From the human T2T-CHM13v2.0 reference genome, Homo sapiens: a stretch of DNA of 64,000 nucleotides. Positions within the stretch are counted from its first letter, which is position 1; every line of letters starts with the position of its first letter. Under the pieces are notes generated by a model, which worked only from the letters and a program-made list of their open reading frames with translations, had not been told where the DNA came from and did no database searches. Of this stretch, positions 56,791-64,000 are shown piece after piece. The stretch lies in assembly GCF_009914755.1 (NCBI RefSeq), contig NC_060934.1; one strand, 5' to 3'. The position numbers were made by a program, and so were the translations under genes.

Positions 56791-57879
56791 TAGGTGAAAC
56801 TCATCAATATTCAAAGAACTCTAGGAAGAAGATTCACAATGTCTAATATACGAAGATCTTGAAGGATTTTGTTATGTTATGAAAATAATCTTTTCTGTGT
56901 CAAAGGTATTTGGCAGCTTTATATTAATAATGTTTAAGTTTGGTCCATACCTGATATTTCCATTTTTACTAAGATCTCTGCTTAATGAATTTGGGTATAA
57001 AAAGCATAAGTCGAATAAATGTGATATTACCCCTGTTATGCTGTGATAGTAGCTATAAAATTTTTAAAGAATGTGGCAGAACCCAAATACTGACTTTTAA
57101 AGCTCAAAATTATAAAAGTACTTGTCAAAATATCTGTTTTTTAATATCAAAACAATCTTAGGAACAAATAAAGGAAACACCAGAACGATTCTTTAGAAAT
57201 AGTGACAGAATACCTTAAAAAAAGACAAGTATAGGGTACATGTTGTTTTACTTTGTGGGCTCATTACAGATGTCCTCAGGCAGGCTGTTTTGCCTTGAAA
57301 CACAAACTGTATATGGCTGAACTGAGGAAAGCAGTTATGCTTTTGAGACCAAATGAACATATGGAAAATATTCCATTAATACACGATATTTACATGGAAA
57401 ATCACTTGCCTCTTTTGTATTATAAGCTTAAAAAATAAGCTATTTCTGATCATGGAAATAATTCACGGTCCATGTAGATAATTTGAGAAATACTAAAATG
57501 TAAAACAATCAAATAAAAAAAGTCAACAAATTCAACAGAACAATGATAACTATTAATGATAATTTGTATTTTAAATATTTTCTATGAAATATTTATATAA
57601 AATACATGTATTCTGACATGAAGTTTATATATATTTTATATGTATATTGAATACACAGATATGTTTGCATATGTTACTGTAAACTGGGATTTTTAATCTT
57701 TGTGAGACTTCTATAAAAATATATATATTCTTACACAATTACTATATATTAATATATATAATTATATATTTATATGTTGTCACTTTATGTTTAACATTAT
57801 TATATAGCTATTTCTATCCTTATATGTTTACTACAATTTAGGATAGTCTATTGCATTAAACATTTCTTTAAGCATCTTA

Positions 57880-58580
57880 ATGACTATATAACTTATCAAC
57901 TTTGGGTTGATTTTCATGGGCTTATTAGAAATGTTATATTTGGTGCTAATAAAAATAATATTGCTTCTTTTGTTTTTAAAAATTTTTTGTTAAGTAGAGA
58001 AGGGGTCTCACTATGTTGCCCAGGCTGGTCTCAAACTCCTGAGCTCAGTTGCTCTTCCCGCTTGGGCCTCCCAAGGTGCTGGGATTACAGATGTAAGCCA
58101 CTGCGCCTGGCTATATTTCCTCTTTTCTAACAATTAAAGTTATTTAATTATTTTTTTCTTATTGCAATGACTAGAAACTTTCACATCACTATTATGTGAT
58201 AAAGGTGAAAATCAGAATCTGTTTTGTATTTCTAACCATGATAGTATAGATCTTGTCCTTCACTAGTACATTGATGATTGGGCTTATAGTAAAATAAAGA
58301 GTTCTCTATCATGTTAAGGAAGTATCCTATTATTCCTAGTGAGATTTTACTAATAATCAGCACTGATTTCTATCAAATGTCATTACAGTATGATTTATCA
58401 TCAAATTTTAAACTAGGTCAGTTGAAGTACTTATAGTTTTAAAAATAATTTATTAATCACCTACTGTTTTGCAATAGAGGAATAGTTCTGTTCCATTATT
58501 CCGGGCTATTATTTCATTTACTTTGGATTCAATTGGAAAGAATATGTAAAACATTTTTACTACATATTTAGAACAGTGAT
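57880..58580 (-). mobile_element. Ancient L1ME antisense fragment
   Basis: tcttattgcaatgactagaaac...tatcatgttaaggaagtatcctattattcctagt. Confidence 0.6.
57968..58111 (-). mobile_element. FLAM_C/AluJ left monomer
   Basis: ggggtctcactatgttgcccaggctggtctcaaactcctgagctca...ccactgcgcctggc. Confidence 0.9.
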
Positions 58581-59456
58581 GGATTTCAATTAGTATTTTC
58601 TAAAGTTATATGACCATAACAATAAACCTATGAAAAAGTACATTTAAAAGGTCTTCGCCTTTTTAATGATTTTGCAAAATTCTACATACAACTTCACAAT
58701 TCACATCAGCATATTCAAGGTTATTAAAGGTTCAAGGACATCACAAAATAAAGAAATTTATTCTATTTTATTTAGCTTAGAGCATTCCAAATTTATTTGA
58801 ATGTGGCATTTTTTTTTTTTGGAACATCTACTAAGAAACTGCTTTGTGCTATTCAGAACATATTTTGGAAATACTAGCTTAAATAAATGTTACCATTCCA
58901 CTAATTTTTATAGATAATCAGTTATTTTTCTATCTTAGTATTTACTACTACATTTACGCAAAATAGGTGCTATTCCCTATTTTTTCTCATGTTGAACTTT
59001 TTCACAGAATGAGCACATCAGGTTTGGCTGCCTATACCTTTTAACTGAAATGTTCCCAGTAAAATGATGAATCTTATTAAGAATAATCAAACCTAACAAA
59101 ATAGCACAAAAAGGAAAAAATTACCAAAAGAGACATAGCTTAGGCAAGGTAAGTCACTTCATTTTGGAAAGGATTATGTTTTCAAAGAATGAAAGTAATA
59201 CTACTATGAATAACTGTAACAAAAATATAAATATAATTAAGCTTTAATTTACAGCTGACTTTCACATACATCTTACTATTTACACACACATACACACACA
59301 TGACGAATTAATGTTCACTCAAGGAGATGACTTTTCCAAAGTGAAAGTTTGTGACCACAGAATTGAAGCCCCAGGTTTAGTCGTCTAGTCTAACTGGCCC
59401 TCACTATGTCACAATGTTAAATGTATGTTTCTCACTCTATTACAAAAAGAAGAAAG

Positions 59457-59879
59457 TGTGGCAGGGACAGCAAATACCATGTTTTCTGCAAATTGCTTCC
59501 TCTTACTAGTTAGAAAACTCTTTTTCCAGCCCCAGTTGCAGGGAGGTTAGGGGCAAAATGACTGAGTTCTGGACAATAAATGTTTTCTGCAAACTGTTAT
59601 AAGTTAGGTAAAACTCAGACTGCTTCTCAAAATATTCTGTACAATTCTTTAACCCTTTCTTTCTTATCTTTACATCACAGAACCTATATTTAAGATGTAA
59701 ACGTCAGTAGATGAAAGAGACCTAAATCTTTGACTCACTGCTTGAAGGAGAGTCCAAAGGAAATGGTCCAGCACTAATCTGATGGTTTTAGTGGAAAAAT
59801 AAACTTTCATTATGCTAAGTCCCTAAAATTTGAAAGTTGTTTGTTAGAGCAATTAGAGTTAATCTTTCTGAAAAATACT
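59457..59879 (+). mobile_element. MLT1 (I/J-like) solo LTR
   Basis: tgtggcag start; gactgagttctggacaat; aataaactttcattatgctaagtcccta...ttgtttgttagagca. Confidence 0.75.
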
Positions 59880-60477
59880 AGGACCTATCTGTTCTGAATT
59901 GACTTGATTTAAACCTTGCTTTTGTTTTGCTTCCCCTTCCAATTTATGCATTTTGTTATATTGAAGATTAAATACCTAATTTAAAACTGTTTATGAAAAG
60001 CCACTTGAGATTGAGAATTTAATTTCCAACTTAAAAAAATTATCAATGAACTATTTGAATTGTTGAGTATCTTTCTATAAAGAAATATAAAACAAAGATA
60101 AAAATAGAATAAATTTTAAATGCAGTGAATTTTCAATTCAATTAAAAAATTGAATTGATAAAAATAAGGACAATGATTTGAACCCCTCAGATATTTAGAA
60201 CCGAATATTATGTTACAATGCTCTTTTTAAGAGTACAAAAAAACTCAAAATTTTAAAATCAAGCAGTGACAAATGAATATTGAAAAAGTAAATTCACTTT
60301 TGTACATGGTAATCTAGGATTCAAGAACATTTTTACTTATACTCCTCAACTTTATTGTTCTTATTATAATTCTTATATATTATTAAAAATTGTCTTAATG
60401 ATTAGAAATCCAGTTAATAAATTAGAGTACACATATTATAGTAGCATAAGTTGAGATATAATGTTAAATCCTATTAA

Positions 60478-60763
<286 letters not shown>

Positions 60764-61039
60764 TAAAGGACAGTTTTTAAGACTGGTAGCTAGACTTATA
60801 CAAATTTGATATAAGAAAAATTATTAAAGTTTGAGTAAAAATATGTAATTCTCTCATTTTTATTAACATGGTTGTTTTCATAATAATTTATTCTAGAAAG
60901 AAGTGGCTTTTTTTCTGACTCACAGTCTATACTAGTTATTACAATTTTTTGCTGTTAGGAAAATGGGTTTACTGATTAATCTGTAGCTCTCCACCACAGT
61001 TTCTCATTCTCCCCTTTTAGCCAATTCCATGGTGAAGTA

Positions 61040-62930
<1,891 letters not shown>

Positions 62931-63104
62931 TGAGTTGAAATTGCATGCTTTGGCCAATTAACACTAAATTATAAGTCCTATTTGATAAAATATGATTCAA
63001 TTAGTAAATAAAGCACAGGTAAACTTTAGCAGACTTTTGGCAAAATGTGAAATTTGAACTTTACACATTTCGTTTGACCAGAGAAATATTTTGAAAAAGA
63101 AGAC

Positions 63105-63480
63105 TGCATTAGTTTATTATGGCTGCCATAACAAAATACCACAAACTGGATGCCTGAAACAATAGAAATTAATTTTTCGTAGTTCTGCAGGTTAGAAGTC
63201 CCAGAACAAGATGTCAGAATTTTTTATTTCTACCGAGGCCTCTCACCTTGGTTTGCAGATGGTGTACTCACGTGGCCCTCTCTTCATCTCTGTGTTGTCT
63301 ACCCTAATCTCTTCTTATAAAAACACCAGTCATATTAGATTAGGGCACACCTATATGACCTAATTTTACCTTAATTACCTGTTTAACAGCCCTGTATCCA
63401 AATACAGACATATTCTGAATTATTACGGGTTAGTGCTACAACATATGAATTTTGAGGGGGACATAATTCAGCTCATAACA
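63105..63480 (-). mobile_element. MLT1A/B solo LTR
   Basis: tg(c)attagttt...ggctgccataacaaaataccac...cataattcagctcataaca; 5-bp TSD aagac/gagac. Confidence 0.9.
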
Positions 63481-63644
63481 GAGACCAACATGTAGAAATT
63501 AAGGAATTCCAAATAAAAATGTAGGTATCTACGTTATTTTTACAGCCTGCAATTAGTTCTAGCAACAATTGGTAGTACCTGAGAAATAAATCCCTGCTTC
63601 AAAAGCACATGCACACGTGCACTCAAACATCTGTAAAATTCATG

Positions 63645-63645
<1 letters not shown>

Positions 63646-63686
<41 letters not shown>
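63646..63686. repeat. (CA)~20 microsatellite
   Basis: Perfect CA run. Confidence 0.97.
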
Positions 63687-63688
<2 letters not shown>

Positions 63689-64000
63689 TTGTCTTCACAC
63701 CTTTATTAAATGACTGGCTTTTGTGGCATTGAGCTTGTGATGTCAGGAATAAGGAATCACATAGTTTCTGATGGAGTAGGGAGGGAAAAGTCAAGAGAAA
63801 GACTGAAAGGAGATGTGTGAGAGCTCCATAAACAAACAGCCTTCTTTATAATTTTGTGAGCAATACTCTTCAATTGTTTGGAAGCAGAAACTAGCTGGTT
63901 TGCATTTGCAGAGAGCAGACAATTTCTCCCTCAAAAGATTTTAAAAACGTTGTATCAAAAATGAATTAGTCTGTTATTTCAATCTTTCTTTTTTCTTCTT

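Overview
This is human non-coding DNA: it contains two AluYb8 elements, a human-specific subfamily, plus an L1PA2-type insertion. It is AT-rich and repeat-dense, typical of a gene desert or a very large intron. I found no credible protein-coding exon, RNA gene or processed pseudogene; the supplied ORFs are explained by Alu, L1, LTR or simple-repeat sequence, or are short chance ORFs in AT-rich DNA. The window is a nested mosaic of MaLR/ERV LTRs (THE1D, LTR1, two LTR12, LTR16, MLT1), L1 pieces of many ages, L2/MIR, about 15 Alu-family elements and small DNA transposons (MER2, MER20, MER30, MER91). I cannot support a new biological system here. The most unusual signals are structural. (1) A ~427-bp inverted duplication (33655-34081 / 37033-37459) is tied to an L1MA split into two opposite-strand halves, and its identity is patchy, suggesting gene conversion. 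(2) A near-perfect 39-bp inverted repeat (52741-52779 / 54241-54279) brackets 1.46 kb. (3) Another L1 has an internal inversion near 2.2-2.6 kb. (4) Two L1 copies carry fold-back templated insertions. (5) Two near-identical AluYb8 lie in direct orientation 38 kb apart. Subfamily names come from recalled consensus motifs, not a RepeatMasker run, and boundaries of old repeats are approximate.
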